Numbered from the stretch's first letter, positions 9,303 to 19,783 are shown. The stretch is DNA of 60,968 nucleotides from Candidatus Ornithoclostridium faecavium (GCA_018714045.1 DVNX01000036.1:1-60968); one strand, 5' to 3'. Numbers and translations: made by a program. The notes: generated by a model from the sequence alone, not told the origin.

Positions 9303-10706
9303 TCATTCAAACTCCGTCTTGTTTACGCTCTCGGGCACGGGGCAGGGGTAGTTACCTGTAAAGCATGCCTTGCAGAACGCTGACTTGCTGTATTTTGCTA
9401 TCTCGTCCACGCTGTCGGTGTCGAGGAAACCGAGGGAATCCGCGCCGATCTTGCGGCAAAGTTCGTCGTGCGTATAATTCACGCTTGCCAGCTGGCTCCT
9501 GTCGGGGATATCGGTGCCGAAGAAGCAGGGATATATGAACTTGGGGCTGCTTATGCGTACGTGAACTTCGGTCGCGCCGCCCTTTTTGAGCATTTTGATG
9601 ATGTTCGCCAGAGTCGTTCCTCTTACGATAGAGTCGTCGATGACGATGACGCGTTTGCCGTCTATATTCGCTTTGAGCACGTTGAGCTTGAGCGCAACGC
9701 TTCTTTCTCTCATCGCCTGCGACGGCTGAATGAAGGTTCTGCCGATATATCTGTTTTTGATGAGACCTACGCCGTAGGGGATACCGCTCTGGATAGAGTA
9801 GCCTATCGCGCTGGAAAGTCCGCTGTCGGGCACGCCTATGACGACGTCCGCTTCTACGGGGTGCTGTTTTGCGAGCATCTTGCCCGCTTCTACTCTCGCT
9901 TCGTTTACGCTCTGACCGTCGATTACGCTGTCGGGACGCGCGAAATAGATATGTTCGAATATGCAGAGCGCGGAAGTCTGATTGCAGTAGTCTTCCATGC
10001 TGAATTCGCCCGTCTGATTGACGACGTAAATTTCACCGGGACGGATGTCTCTTACGAAGGTCGCGCCGACGGTGTCAAGCGCGCAGGTCTCGCTGGCGAA
10101 AACTACGCTGTCCTTTATCCTGCCCATGCAGAGAGGACGTATTCCGTGCGGGTCTCTTACAGCGATGAGCTTTCTCGGGCTCATGACGAGCAGGGAGAAA
10201 GATCCTTCCAGCTGAGGAATGACCGCTTTTACGGCTTCCTCTATCGATTTGGTATGGATGCGCGCTTTAGCGATAAGGTATGCGATTATTTCGCTGTCGT
10301 TGGTGGAGTGGAATATGCTGCCTTGTTCGGAAAGTTCCTTACGCAGTTTGTCCGCGTTGCAGATGTTGCCGTTATGCGCTATCGTCAACGAACCTTTGTA
10401 GTATTTGGCGCAAAGGGGCTGAGCGTTTTCCTGAGTATTGCTGCCGGTGGTCGAATATCTTACGTGACCGACCGCTATATCGCCGTCCATCGTTATCATA
10501 GGCGAGTCCTTGAACACGTCGGAAACGAGACCCAGGCTCTTGTGTATAACGACGTTGCCGTCGCGGTTTATCGCTATGCCTGCGGCTTCCTGACCGCGGT
10601 GCTGGAGAGCGAAAAGACCGAAGTATACCAGGTTGCCCAGCTGTTTTATACCGGCTTTGTTGTATATACCGAAAATACCGCATTCTTCGTTGATTTTGCG
10701 AGACAT
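9303..10706 (-). CDS. purF: Amidophosphoribosyltransferase
   Basis: The CGIFGIY N-terminal nucleophile motif follows a short propeptide. PRTase motif [13 protein letters not shown] and a C-terminal Cys cluster are present. Start set at the ATG at 10706 behind GGAGGA; the track ORF is extended to 10766. Confidence 0.92.
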   Translation of the reverse strand: MSRKINEECGIFGIYNKAGIKQLGNLVYFGLFALQHRGQEAAGIAINRDGNVVIHKSLGLVSDVFKDSPMITMDGDIAVGHVRYSTTGSNTQENAQPLCAKYYKGSLTIAHNGNICNADKLRKELSEQGSIFHSTNDSEIIAYLIAKARIHTKSIEEAVKAVIPQLEGSFSLLVMSPRKLIAVRDPHGIRPLCMGRIKDSVVFASETCALDTVGATFVRDIRPGEIYVVNQTGEFSMEDYCNQTSALCIFEHIYFARPDSVIDGQSVNEARVEAGKMLAKQHPVEADVVIGVPDSGLSSAIGYSIQSGIPYGVGLIKNRYIGRTFIQPSQAMRERSVALKLNVLKANIDGKRVIVIDDSIVRGTTLANIIKMLKKGGATEVHVRISSPKFIYPCFFGTDIPDRSQLASVNYTHDELCRKIGADSLGFLDTDSVDEIAKYSKSAFCKACFTGNYPCPVPESVNKTEFE

Positions 10707-10737
10707 ATCAATTCCTCCGCAGAAAAAAGATATTAAA

Positions 10738-10765
10738 ATTATAGCACAAAGCAAAAAATCCGTCA
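10738..10765 (-). promoter_or_regulatory. Candidate promoter for purF-asnA
   Basis: Minus strand reads TGACGG, 16-nt spacer, TGcTATAAT (extended -10). Confidence 0.45.
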
Positions 10766-10867
10766 CCTGTTTGAAAGGGGTTGAAGAGCATAAAAAAATA
10801 TTTTTTTTGCGGGGGAAGGAGGGTGTGTAAAAGAGAGCGCGAGACGCGTCTTTTTACAAAAAATGTC

Positions 10868-10896
10868 TTGCGGCGAAAGCAGATATATGGTAATAT
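10868..10896 (+). promoter_or_regulatory. Candidate promoter for carA-carB
   Basis: TTGCGG, 17-nt spacer, TGgTAATAT (extended -10). Confidence 0.45.
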
Positions 10897-10966
10897 TATT
10901 AGTAAAGAATTTTACGGCGCGTACGCGCTCTGAAAAACGCGCGTTTCGCGCGCACGAGGAATTTTT

Positions 10967-12028
10967 ATGGACAAAGTTTATCTGATTCTGGAAAACGGTG
11001 ACAAGTTTGAAGGCTACGGCGTCGGCGCCGACCGCGAGACTATCGGCGAAGTCGTGTTCACGACTTCTATGGGCGGTTATCTCGAAACGGTCGCTGACCC
11101 GACCTATCGCGGGCAGATAGTCGTGCAGACTTTCCCTCTGATAGGAAATTACGGCGATATCCCCGAAGATTACGACGAAAAGTCGATATGCCTTTCGGGT
11201 TACGTATGCCGCGAGATATGCGACGCTCCGTCCAACTTCCGCTGCAACGGCAAGTTTGAGGATATGCTGAAAAGGTGCGGCGTAGTCGCGCTTGCGGGCG
11301 TGGATACCCGTCATCTGACAAAGACGATAAGGGAAAACGGCGTGATGAACGGTATCATCACCAAAAACCCCGATCCCGATGCGGCTACGATGAAAAAGGT
11401 AAGAGAGTTCCGCATTACTGGCGCGGTCGCGGCTTCTTCCTGCAAAAAGGTCGAGACGTTCGGCGAAGGAGACAAGAATATCGCGGTCGTCGATTACGGC
11501 GAGAGCGGAAACCTGGTCGCGGAGTTCGTGAAACGCGGATTTAAGGTCACCCGTTTCCCGCACGATACTAAGGCTGAGGACGTGCTTGAGTCAAAGCCGT
11601 GCGGCATAGTGCTTTCAAACGGCGCGGGCGATCCCGAAGAGTGCAAGGCGGAAGCCGCAGAAGCGGACAAGCTGCTTAAGTCGGGCATTCCTATGCTGGC
11701 GGTAAGCCTCGGTCATCAGATACTCGCGCTGTCGCAGGGCGGCAAGACGTATAAGCTCAAATACGGTCACCGCGGCGGCAATCAGCCCGTAAAGGAGACT
11801 TTCGGCGACAGGATATTCATCACTTCTCAGAACCACGGCTACGCGGTCGACAACAACGTTATCCCCGCGGGCGCGAAACTGCTTTACGTCAACGCCAACG
11901 ACGGCACCTGCGAAGGACTTGAATATAAGAACGCGGTCTCTGTTCAATTCCATCCCGAAGAGTGCGGCGGACCGCTCGACACGCAGTTCATTATCGACAA
12001 CTTTATCGCTAAGACGGAGGAGAAATAA
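10967..12028 (+). CDS. carA: Carbamoyl-phosphate synthase small (glutaminase) subunit
   Basis: Class I amidotransferase domain with LAVSLGHQ and FHPE motifs; typical CarA N-domain. Confidence 0.93.
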   Translation: MDKVYLILENGDKFEGYGVGADRETIGEVVFTTSMGGYLETVADPTYRGQIVVQTFPLIGNYGDIPEDYDEKSICLSGYVCREICDAPSNFRCNGKFEDMLKRCGVVALAGVDTRHLTKTIRENGVMNGIITKNPDPDAATMKKVREFRITGAVAASSCKKVETFGEGDKNIAVVDYGESGNLVAEFVKRGFKVTRFPHDTKAEDVLESKPCGIVLSNGAGDPEECKAEAAEADKLLKSGIPMLAVSLGHQILALSQGGKTYKLKYGHRGGNQPVKETFGDRIFITSQNHGYAVDNNVIPAGAKLLYVNANDGTCEGLEYKNAVSVQFHPEECGGPLDTQFIIDNFIAKTEEK

Positions 12029-12030
12029 AA

Positions 12031-15000
12031 ATGCCACTCAATAAAGACATTCATAAAGTAATGGTCATAGGTTCGGGTCCTATCGTCATAGGACAGGCGG
12101 CTGAATTCGACTATGCGGGCACACAGGCGTGCCGCGCGCTCAAAGCCGACGGACTCGAAGTCGTGCTGGTCAACTCCAACCCGGCTACGATAATGACCGA
12201 CAATGCGGTCGCGGACAGAATATACATTGAGCCGCTTACGCTGAATACGGTAAAGAGAATAATAGAAAAAGAACGCCCCGACAGTCTTTTGTCGACGATG
12301 GGAGGGCAGAACGGTCTGACCCTTTCTATGCAGCTGGCTAAAGAAGGCTTCCTCGACAAGATGGGCGTAAAACTTCTCGGCGCGAAGCCAGAGACCATTG
12401 ACCGCGCGGAAGACAGGCAGGCTTTTAAAGACACGCTGGCGGAGATCGGACAGCCCGTCATTCCGTCAGAAGTAGTGAACGACCTCGAAGACGGCGTAAG
12501 GGTAGCAAAGAAGATAGGTTACCCCGTGATCATCCGTCCCGCGTTTACGTTGGGGGGCACGGGCGGTGGTATCGCAGACGACGAAGACCAGTTCAGAGAG
12601 ATCGCGGAAGGAGGACTCAGAAGCTCTCCGATACATCAGATCCTCGTCGAAAAGTGCATAAGCGGCTGGAAGGAAATAGAGTTCGAGGTAATGCGCGACG
12701 GCAAGGGCAACTGCATTACGATATGCTCTATGGAAAACGTCGACCCCGTCGGCGTACACACGGGCGACAGCATAGTCGTCGCTCCTACCGTGACGCTTGC
12801 GGAAAAAGAATTCCAGATGCTGAGAAGCGCTGCGCTTAAAATAGTCGACGCTCTCGAAGTCGAAGGCGGCTGCAACGTACAGTTCGCTTTGAGACCCGAC
12901 AGCTTCGAATACGCCGTGATAGAGGTCAACCCGCGCGTTTCGCGTTCTTCCGCTCTCGCTTCCAAAGCTACCGGTTACCCGATAGCGAAGGTCGCGACGA
13001 AGATAGCGATAGGCTACACCCTCGACGAAATACTCAATCAGGTCACGGGCACGACTTACGCATGCTTCGAGCCGTCCGTCGACTATATCGTCGTCAAATT
13101 CCCCAAATGGCCTTTCGACAAATTTTTCTACGCCAGCCGTAAGCTGGGCACGCAGATGAAGGCGACGGGCGAGGTCATGAGCATAGGCACGTCATTCGAA
13201 CACGCGATATTGAAAGCGGTAAGAGGCGCTGAGATATCTCACGATACGCTGAACAGCGAAAAGTTCATCGCTATGACGGACGCGGAGCTTTCCGAAAAGC
13301 TCAACGACTGCGACGACGAAAGGATTTTCGCCGTTTACGAAGCGCTCAAGAGAGGCTTCTCTGTCGACGAGATATACAACAAGACAAAGATTGACAGATG
13401 GTTCCTGAACAAATACCTCAACCTCGTGAAGATGGAAAGAAGACTCGCGAGTGAACCGCTTACCGACGAGCTTTATCTCGCGGCTAAGAAGATGGGTTAC
13501 CTCGATAAGACCATCGAAAGTTTCAGCAAGGACAAGATAAAGAACAAGAGATACGCGTCCTATAAGATGGTAGATACCTGCGCGGCAGAGTTCAGCGCGG
13601 AGACCCCGTATTTCTATTCCACTTACGACGACGAAAACGAAGCTCTCGAATTCCTCGAAAACAACAAGACGGACAAAAAGCGTATCGTCGTTTTCGGCAG
13701 CGGTCCTATCAGAATAGGTCAGGGTATAGAGTTCGACTACGCTTCTGTCCACTGCGTATGGGCGCTTAAGGAAAAGGGCTACGAGGTCGTCATCGTCAAC
13801 AATAACCCCGAAACGGTATCCACCGACTTCGACACAGCGGACAGACTGTATTTCGAACCGCTGACAAACGAAGACGTGCTCAGCATACTCAATACCGAAA
13901 AGCCTTACGGCGTTGTCGTCGCGTTCGGCGGACAGACGGCTATCAAGCTTACCAAGATGCTCAAAGAAAAGGGCGTTAAGATACTCGGCACTCAGGCGGA
14001 ATACATCGATATGGCTGAGGACAGAGAGAAGTTCGACGAACTGCTCGAAAAACTCGATATCAAGCGTCCGAAGGGCTTTACCGTAATGACGAAAGAAGAG
14101 GCTCTACGCGTCGCCAACGAGATAGGCTATCCGACTCTCCTGCGTCCGTCCTACGTTCTCGGCGGTCAGAACATGACCGTATGCTACAGCGACGACGACG
14201 TAAAGGAATACATGGACGTCATTCTCGCTCAGGGCATAGAAAACCCCGTGCTCATCGATAAATACCTGATGGGTAAGGAGCTTGAAATAGACGCTATCTG
14301 CGACGGCGAAGAGATACTTATTCCCGGCGTAATGCAGCACGTGGAAAGAACGGGTATCCACTCCGGCGACTCTATCGCGGTTTATCCCGCATGGAACCTC
14401 GGCGACGAGATGACCGAGCGTATCGTGGATTGCTCAAAGCGCCTCGCGGTCTCTCTGCATACGGTAGGTCTTGTTAATATCCAGTACTTGATTTATAAGG
14501 ACGAACTGTACGTTATAGAGGTCAACCCCAGATCCAGCCGTACGATACCTTACCTCAGCAAGGTCACCGGCGTGCCGATGGTAGATCTCGCGACCCGCGC
14601 TATCTTAGGCGAAAAGCTCAAGGATATGGGTTACGGAACGGGACTTTATCCCAATTCGCCTTACGTGGCGGTCAAAGTCCCCGTGTTCTCGTTCGAGAAG
14701 CTGACCAACGTGGATACTCAGCTGGGACCCGAAATGAAGTCTACGGGCGAAGTCCTCGGCATAGCGGGCACTCTCGAAGAAGCGCTGTTCAAAGGTCTCG
14801 TAGCGGCAGGCTACAAGATGAAGAAAAAGGGCGGCATATTCATTACGGTAAGAGACCAGGACAAGAACGAAATCGGCGAAATAGCGCAGAAGTTCGAAGA
14901 TCTCGGCTATACGCTTTACGCAACGGCTGGCACGGCTAAGGTGCTGAGAGATCTCGGCATGGACGTTATCGTCGTCGCTAAGATACATCAGAACCACGAG

Positions 15001-16071
15001 AACAACAACCTCACGCTTATAGAGAGCGGAAAGGTCAACTATATCATCTCCACGTCGTCCAAGGGCAAGCTGCCCACCCGCGACAGCGTCAAGATAAGAC
15101 GTAAGGCGGTCGAAAGGGCTATTCCGTGCCTTACCTCGATAGATACCGCAAACGCGGTCGCTAACAGCCTTATGAGCAGATATTCCGAATTCAATACCGA
15201 ACTCGTGGATATAAACAAGCTCCGCAAAGGCAAGACGCTGAGAAAGTTTACCAAAATGCACGGCGCGGGCAACGACTATATCTGCTTCAACTGCTTCGAA
15301 AATCCGATAGACAGCCCTGAAATGCTGGCTATAAGGCTTTCGGACAGATATACGGGCATAGGCGGCGAAGGCGTTATCCTTATCCTTCCTTCAAAGAGCG
15401 CGGACGCTAAGATGAGAATGTTCAACCTCGACGGTACCGAAGGTGAAATGTCGGGCAACGGCATAAGATGCGTAGCGAAATATCTTTACGATAATAATAT
15501 CGTCCGTAAACGCGAATTCACCGTTGAGACGATATCGGGCTTTAAAGAGATAAGCATCAAGACCGAAAAGGGAGAGGCGACTTATATCACCGTAAATATG
15601 GGCGCGCCCGAACTTGACGCAGAAAAAATCCCCGCTAAGGCAGAAGGCAGGATAATCGGTAAGAAATACACCGTAGACGGCGTCGAATACGACATTACGT
15701 GCGTAAATATGGGCAACCCGCATTGCGTGGTAATGCTCAAGCATCTCGACCGTTTCGACGTGAATAAGGTCGGCAGCGCGTTTGAGACCGATCCGCTTTT
15801 CCCTGAAAGAGTGAATACCGAATTCGTTAAAGTCCTCGACGACCATACGCTTAAAATGAGAGTATGGGAAAGAGGCAGCGGTGAGACCAGATCGTGCGGC
15901 ACGGGCGCTTGCGCGGCAGTCGTTGCGGCGGTGGAAAACGGTCTTTGCCCCGCGGGAGAAGAGATAACCGTAAAACAGCCCGGCGGAGATCTTACCGTGC
16001 GTTACGCTGACGGTATCGTATATATGACGGGTACTGCGGTAAAGGTGTTTGACGGAGAGATAGAGATCTGA
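12031..16071 (+). CDS. carB: Carbamoyl-phosphate synthase large subunit fused in frame to diaminopimelate epimerase (CarB-DapF, 1346 aa)
   Basis: aa 1 to about 1070 form a complete CarB: two ATP-grasp halves, an oligomerisation domain and an MGS-like domain ending ELVDINKL. From 15241 (RKFTKMHGAGNDY) there is a complete DapF with both catalytic Cys motifs, GNGIRC and SCGTGA. There is no stop or frame change between the two parts. Confidence 0.85.
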   Translation: MPLNKDIHKVMVIGSGPIVIGQAAEFDYAGTQACRALKADGLEVVLVNSNPATIMTDNAVADRIYIEPLTLNTVKRIIEKERPDSLLSTMGGQNGLTLSMQLAKEGFLDKMGVKLLGAKPETIDRAEDRQAFKDTLAEIGQPVIPSEVVNDLEDGVRVAKKIGYPVIIRPAFTLGGTGGGIADDEDQFREIAEGGLRSSPIHQILVEKCISGWKEIEFEVMRDGKGNCITICSMENVDPVGVHTGDSIVVAPTVTLAEKEFQMLRSAALKIVDALEVEGGCNVQFALRPDSFEYAVIEVNPRVSRSSALASKATGYPIAKVATKIAIGYTLDEILNQVTGTTYACFEPSVDYIVVKFPKWPFDKFFYASRKLGTQMKATGEVMSIGTSFEHAILKAVRGAEISHDTLNSEKFIAMTDAELSEKLNDCDDERIFAVYEALKRGFSVDEIYNKTKIDRWFLNKYLNLVKMERRLASEPLTDELYLAAKKMGYLDKTIESFSKDKIKNKRYASYKMVDTCAAEFSAETPYFYSTYDDENEALEFLENNKTDKKRIVVFGSGPIRIGQGIEFDYASVHCVWALKEKGYEVVIVNNNPETVSTDFDTADRLYFEPLTNEDVLSILNTEKPYGVVVAFGGQTAIKLTKMLKEKGVKILGTQAEYIDMAEDREKFDELLEKLDIKRPKGFTVMTKEEALRVANEIGYPTLLRPSYVLGGQNMTVCYSDDDVKEYMDVILAQGIENPVLIDKYLMGKELEIDAICDGEEILIPGVMQHVERTGIHSGDSIAVYPAWNLGDEMTERIVDCSKRLAVSLHTVGLVNIQYLIYKDELYVIEVNPRSSRTIPYLSKVTGVPMVDLATRAILGEKLKDMGYGTGLYPNSPYVAVKVPVFSFEKLTNVDTQLGPEMKSTGEVLGIAGTLEEALFKGLVAAGYKMKKKGGIFITVRDQDKNEIGEIAQKFEDLGYTLYATAGTAKVLRDLGMDVIVVAKIHQNHENNNLTLIESGKVNYIISTSSKGKLPTRDSVKIRRKAVERAIPCLTSIDTANAVANSLMSRYSEFNTELVDINKLRKGKTLRKFTKMHGAGNDYICFNCFENPIDSPEMLAIRLSDRYTGIGGEGVILILPSKSADAKMRMFNLDGTEGEMSGNGIRCVAKYLYDNNIVRKREFTVETISGFKEISIKTEKGEATYITVNMGAPELDAEKIPAKAEGRIIGKKYTVDGVEYDITCVNMGNPHCVVMLKHLDRFDVNKVGSAFETDPLFPERVNTEFVKVLDDHTLKMRVWERGSGETRSCGTGACAAVVAAVENGLCPAGEEITVKQPGGDLTVRYADGIVYMTGTAVKVFDGEIEI

Positions 16072-16201
16072 CAGGTATCGCAGCAGACGATATACGTGCT
16101 TAAGAGATAAGCAGACGTCTTTGTCAAATCCGACTGGCGTTTGGATATCCGTTAAAAACGCGCCTGCGCCGTAAGGAAAGCGGGCAAAAACAGAAAAAGC
16201 A

Positions 16202-16234
16202 GCGCGGACTTTTAAGAAAGTCCGCGCAATTTTT
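16202..16234 (+). terminator. Rho-independent terminator of carAB
   Basis: GCGCGGACT-tttaagaa-AGTCCGCGC 9-bp stem followed by AATTTTT. Confidence 0.8.
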
Positions 16235-16290
16235 ACGCTTTTTCCGTCTGTGTACTTAAAGGGCTTTACCGCTTGAATTTTCGTCACGTA

Positions 16291-16320
16291 TTGACAACAA
16301 AGTAAAGCAGATGATAAACT
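16291..16320 (+). promoter_or_regulatory. Candidate promoter for the macro-domain gene
   Basis: TTGACA, 18-nt spacer, TAAACT. Confidence 0.4.
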
Positions 16321-16371
16321 TATATCGTAAAACAAAAGCGCGCGGTATACCGCAAATATGTTGAGGGGATC

Positions 16372-16887
16372 ATGAAAGACGTAAAAGTATTGTTGGGAGA
16401 TATAACCAAAAGCGACTGCGATTGTATCGTCAACGCAGCAAACAAGACCTTGCTGGGAGGCGGAGGCGTGGACGGCGCTATCCATCGCGCAGCAGGTCCG
16501 GAACTACTCGACGAGTGCATGGGGCTGGGCGGTTGCAATACAGGCGAAGCAAAGATAACAAAGGGCTACAAGCTAAAGGCTAAATACATAATCCATACGG
16601 TAGGACCCGTTTACAGCGGATCGTCCGACGACGCGGTGATTCTGGGAAATTGTTATAAAAACTCTCTCGACCTCGCAAAAAAATACGACCTTCACAGCAT
16701 AGCTTTTCCCGCGGTCTCTACGGGTGTATACGGCTATCCGCCCGAACTTGCCACAAGCATAGCAGTCGACGCGGTAAGGAAATGGAAGGAAGACAACGCG
16801 GGATATCTTATGAGGGTGGATTTTTATTGCTTTTCGGAAAGGATATACGCTCAGTACGTGCTGACGCTGAGAAATACTAAATATTGA
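16372..16887 (+). CDS. Macro-domain protein (O-acetyl-ADP-ribose deacetylase, YmdB/MacroD-like)
   Basis: GDITKSDCDCIVNAAN..LLGGGGVDGAIHRAAGPEL and AFPAVSTGVYGYP motifs. Confidence 0.88.
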   Translation: MKDVKVLLGDITKSDCDCIVNAANKTLLGGGGVDGAIHRAAGPELLDECMGLGGCNTGEAKITKGYKLKAKYIIHTVGPVYSGSSDDAVILGNCYKNSLDLAKKYDLHSIAFPAVSTGVYGYPPELATSIAVDAVRKWKEDNAGYLMRVDFYCFSERIYAQYVLTLRNTKY

Positions 16888-17020
16888 TTTAAAGTCTTAC
16901 ACGCAGAATTTACGTTCAGGCGTAAATATTCAATTGAACATTTTTGAACGGATGCAAGTCAGCGGATAAACCGTCGCAAAAATCGAAAATACGATCATAA
17001 CAATATTTATTTTCACATAT

Positions 17021-17052
17021 AAAAAAGCGCGTGTCTCATCAGAGATACGTGC
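17021..17052 (-). terminator. Rho-independent terminator of the sialic acid operon
   Basis: On the minus strand, an 11-bp stem with two mismatches followed by T6. Confidence 0.55.
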
Positions 17053-17083
17053 TTTAAAACAGCATTAATATTGCTTTATTTTA

Positions 17084-18841
17084 TCAGAATGTTGAATTGT
17101 CTTTTGTCGTTTCGTCTGCCGCTGCTTCTGCAAGTTCTTCATCCTCGGGTTCATTGCTTTCTGCGATAAGACCCATTGCTTCAACCTGTTCAGCAGTCAG
17201 AACTCCCAGCTCCATAGCTTCCTTGACGTCTTCCTGGGTAAACTTGTTTTCATCGAGTTTATTTTGAATAGCGCGCATTTTGATCTCGTTGGTCATTTCA
17301 AGCTGGCGCTTTTCGGTAAGATCCCAGAACAGGAACGGAATCATTGCCAGTATTCCGCATGCCACGCCGAGAACCGCCCACAATATGAAAACGCTGCGCA
17401 TTACTTCGGGATTTTCGTATGATACTGAGTCTTTCGCGCCGATCTTGATGAGTAACTCAGAGACGAGAAGTCCGGTAAACATGCCGCAAACGGTCGTAAA
17501 CACCTGCGTGTACTGAGACATGTAGCCGTCCAGTCTGTCGCCCGTTTTCCATTGCTGATATTCGCAGTAGTCGGCAGTCATTGCAGGCGATGTGACAGTC
17601 CACAACGCCGCAAAAATGTTGTGCAGGAAGATACCTACGAATATAAGGTAAGGAGTTGCCGCGCCGTTATATGCGAACAATACAAGGAACAGGATAAGCA
17701 ACGATATTATCGATGAGCCTAAAAATGACAGCAGGGTCATCTTTTTCTTGCCAAGATATTTTTGGATCAATGGCGAGAACAGCATGCCGGGGACGAATCC
17801 TACCGCCATCACAGTCGGGATAATACCGCGCAGAGTTCCTCCGAGAGAACCGCCGATCATGTACGCGCATACATAGTTGACTGAAGCGAATATCAGAATT
17901 CTTCCGAACGCAAGCACGTTTGATATATTGAATATCCAGAAATACTTATTTTTAAAGCTCTTAATGATACCGCCGAAAAAGCTGATTTTTTGCTTTACTT
18001 TCTTCTCCTGTATTATGCGTTCCTTTGTTCCGAAAAACATTATGAGCGCAATCGCAACGCAGATGCATCCCATAATGGGGAATATGATCTGATAGGTCAG
18101 AATATTCTCCATGCCGAAACCGAGACCTGCTTCTTTTATCTGTTCAGCTGTCCATTCGCCGTACTGGTCTTTGAATACAAGACCCGTTTGACCGTATACG
18201 CCGTTAGCGATAAGAGGGAAGAGCATCTGCACTATGGAAGGTCCGAGGGAGTCTATAACTCCGCCCACGGAATAAAGCTTAGTGCGTTCGTTCGTGTTTG
18301 GCGTTATGACCTGAGACAGTCCGACTCTACCGAAAGAGAAGAAACTGTATACCGTAAGAGCGATGAAATAGATCAGCTGATAGGAGCCTATGACCAACCA
18401 TTTTCGCGTATCCGTGTAGATTTCTCCCGCTTTCGGCATAAATAGTTCCGGAATAAACGCGAGCAGCCAGAAACAAACTACGCTGAGCAGTCCCGTAAAC
18501 AGAAGATAGGGGCGGTATTTACCCCATTTCGTTTCTGTGTTGTCGATTATCCAGCCGACGAGAGGAGCGCGGAAAAGCGACAGGATCGCAACGATCCAGG
18601 TGGTATAGAGCACTATCTGTTGATCGAAATTGTAGACGTACGCGAGGTGGACGCCCATGGAGATGGCGAAGTACTGGGTGAGTATACCCATGCCTTGCAC
18701 GCCCATGCCGCCTATCGCGTACGCCATGAATTCTTTATTGGAGAGGTAATACCCCTCTTTTGCCGGAGTATTCCAGTGCTCAAAAAAGTCTTTTACTATA
18801 AATTTCGCTTTTTGAAAGATATTAGAGTTTTCGTTTGCCAC
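17084..18841 (-). CDS. Glycoside-pentoside-hexuronide (GPH)/MFS-type cation symporter with an acidic C-terminal cytoplasmic extension of about 85 aa
   Basis: 12-TM profile, GPH-like N-terminus (KEFMAYAIGGMG.., DNTETKWGKYRPYLL). GTG start behind GGGGA. Last gene of the nan operon. Confidence 0.8.
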   Translation of the reverse strand: MANENSNIFQKAKFIVKDFFEHWNTPAKEGYYLSNKEFMAYAIGGMGVQGMGILTQYFAISMGVHLAYVYNFDQQIVLYTTWIVAILSLFRAPLVGWIIDNTETKWGKYRPYLLFTGLLSVVCFWLLAFIPELFMPKAGEIYTDTRKWLVIGSYQLIYFIALTVYSFFSFGRVGLSQVITPNTNERTKLYSVGGVIDSLGPSIVQMLFPLIANGVYGQTGLVFKDQYGEWTAEQIKEAGLGFGMENILTYQIIFPIMGCICVAIALIMFFGTKERIIQEKKVKQKISFFGGIIKSFKNKYFWIFNISNVLAFGRILIFASVNYVCAYMIGGSLGGTLRGIIPTVMAVGFVPGMLFSPLIQKYLGKKKMTLLSFLGSSIISLLILFLVLFAYNGAATPYLIFVGIFLHNIFAALWTVTSPAMTADYCEYQQWKTGDRLDGYMSQYTQVFTTVCGMFTGLLVSELLIKIGAKDSVSYENPEVMRSVFILWAVLGVACGILAMIPFLFWDLTEKRQLEMTNEIKMRAIQNKLDENKFTQEDVKEAMELGVLTAEQVEAMGLIAESNEPEDEELAEAAADETTKDNSTF

Positions 18842-18869
18842 AAATTTCCCCTTTATAGTTTGTTTTTAT

Positions 18870-19760
18870 TTATGCCTTGTAAAATTGCTTAGCTATCTCG
18901 GAAAGGACAGCCTTACCTTCTTCTCCGAGGGGCAGGAAGGGTTTGCGGCAACCGCCCATCTCTATGCCGAGGCAATCGAGCACGTACTTTTCGCTGGCGA
19001 ATACGCCGTATTTGATAAGTACGTTGATTATCTCGTTAGCTTCGTTCTGTACGCGCTGAGCTTCCTTGATGTCGCCCTTCTTGAACGCGTTGTAGATAGC
19101 GATGAACTTTTCAGCCATGAAGTTGTAGGTGCTGCCGATACCGCCGTCCGCGCCCATTGCGAGTCCGCCCAGGAACATTTCGTCGAAACCGTTGTAAACG
19201 ATAGGATCCGCTTTCATCGTCTTGAACTGCTGCAGAGCGTACATATCCGAAGTCGTGTGCTTGATACCGATGAACTTGTCGTTTGCCGCGAACATGTTTT
19301 CAGCGGTCTCCTTGTCGAGAGAGAAGCCGTTCGCGCCGGGAAAGTTGTAAATTATCATCGGGATATTTACACTGGAAGCGATATCGAAATAATACTGCTT
19401 GATAGCTTCGGTGCCGAACTTGAAATAGTAGGGAGCGACCGCGCTTATCGCGTCGTAGCCAGCTTTTTCAGCAGCCTTAGCCATTTCGATAGCGTGCTTT
19501 GTAGCGATGGTGCCGACGTGAGCGATAAGGGTGGATTTTCCTTCGTTTGCTTCAGCCGCGTAGTTGAACAGCGCGATCCTTTCTTCTATGGTCAGGAGAA
19601 TGCCTTCGCCCGTAGAACCGCCTACGTAGAAACCGTTCACGCCCTTTTTGAGGTTGTATTTGACCAGTTTGTCAACTGAGGTTTTGTTTACGTTGCCGTC
19701 TTTGTCGAACGGGGTAAGTAATGCGGGCAATACGCCCTTGAACTTGTTTTTGTCAGTCAT
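18870..19760 (-). CDS. nanA: N-acetylneuraminate lyase
   Basis: DHDPS/NAL family (GVLPALLTPFD, GFYVGGSTGE) in a nanE/nanK/sialidase context. Confidence 0.88.
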   Translation of the reverse strand: MTDKNKFKGVLPALLTPFDKDGNVNKTSVDKLVKYNLKKGVNGFYVGGSTGEGILLTIEERIALFNYAAEANEGKSTLIAHVGTIATKHAIEMAKAAEKAGYDAISAVAPYYFKFGTEAIKQYYFDIASSVNIPMIIYNFPGANGFSLDKETAENMFAANDKFIGIKHTTSDMYALQQFKTMKADPIVYNGFDEMFLGGLAMGADGGIGSTYNFMAEKFIAIYNAFKKGDIKEAQRVQNEANEIINVLIKYGVFASEKYVLDCLGIEMGGCRKPFLPLGEEGKAVLSEIAKQFYKA

Positions 19761-19783
19761 GAGTATTTCCTCCGATATGATGA

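Noticed and set aside
10707-10966. Purine riboswitch, PyrR attenuator or T-box in the purF/carA divergent leader; likewise a T-box before alaS at 6064-6081
   Set aside because: I could not find the conserved cores (purine riboswitch junction, T-box AGGGTGGTACCGCG-like box, PyrR binding loop) by eye, and the alaS gap is only 18 nt. A covariance-model scan would be needed to be certain.
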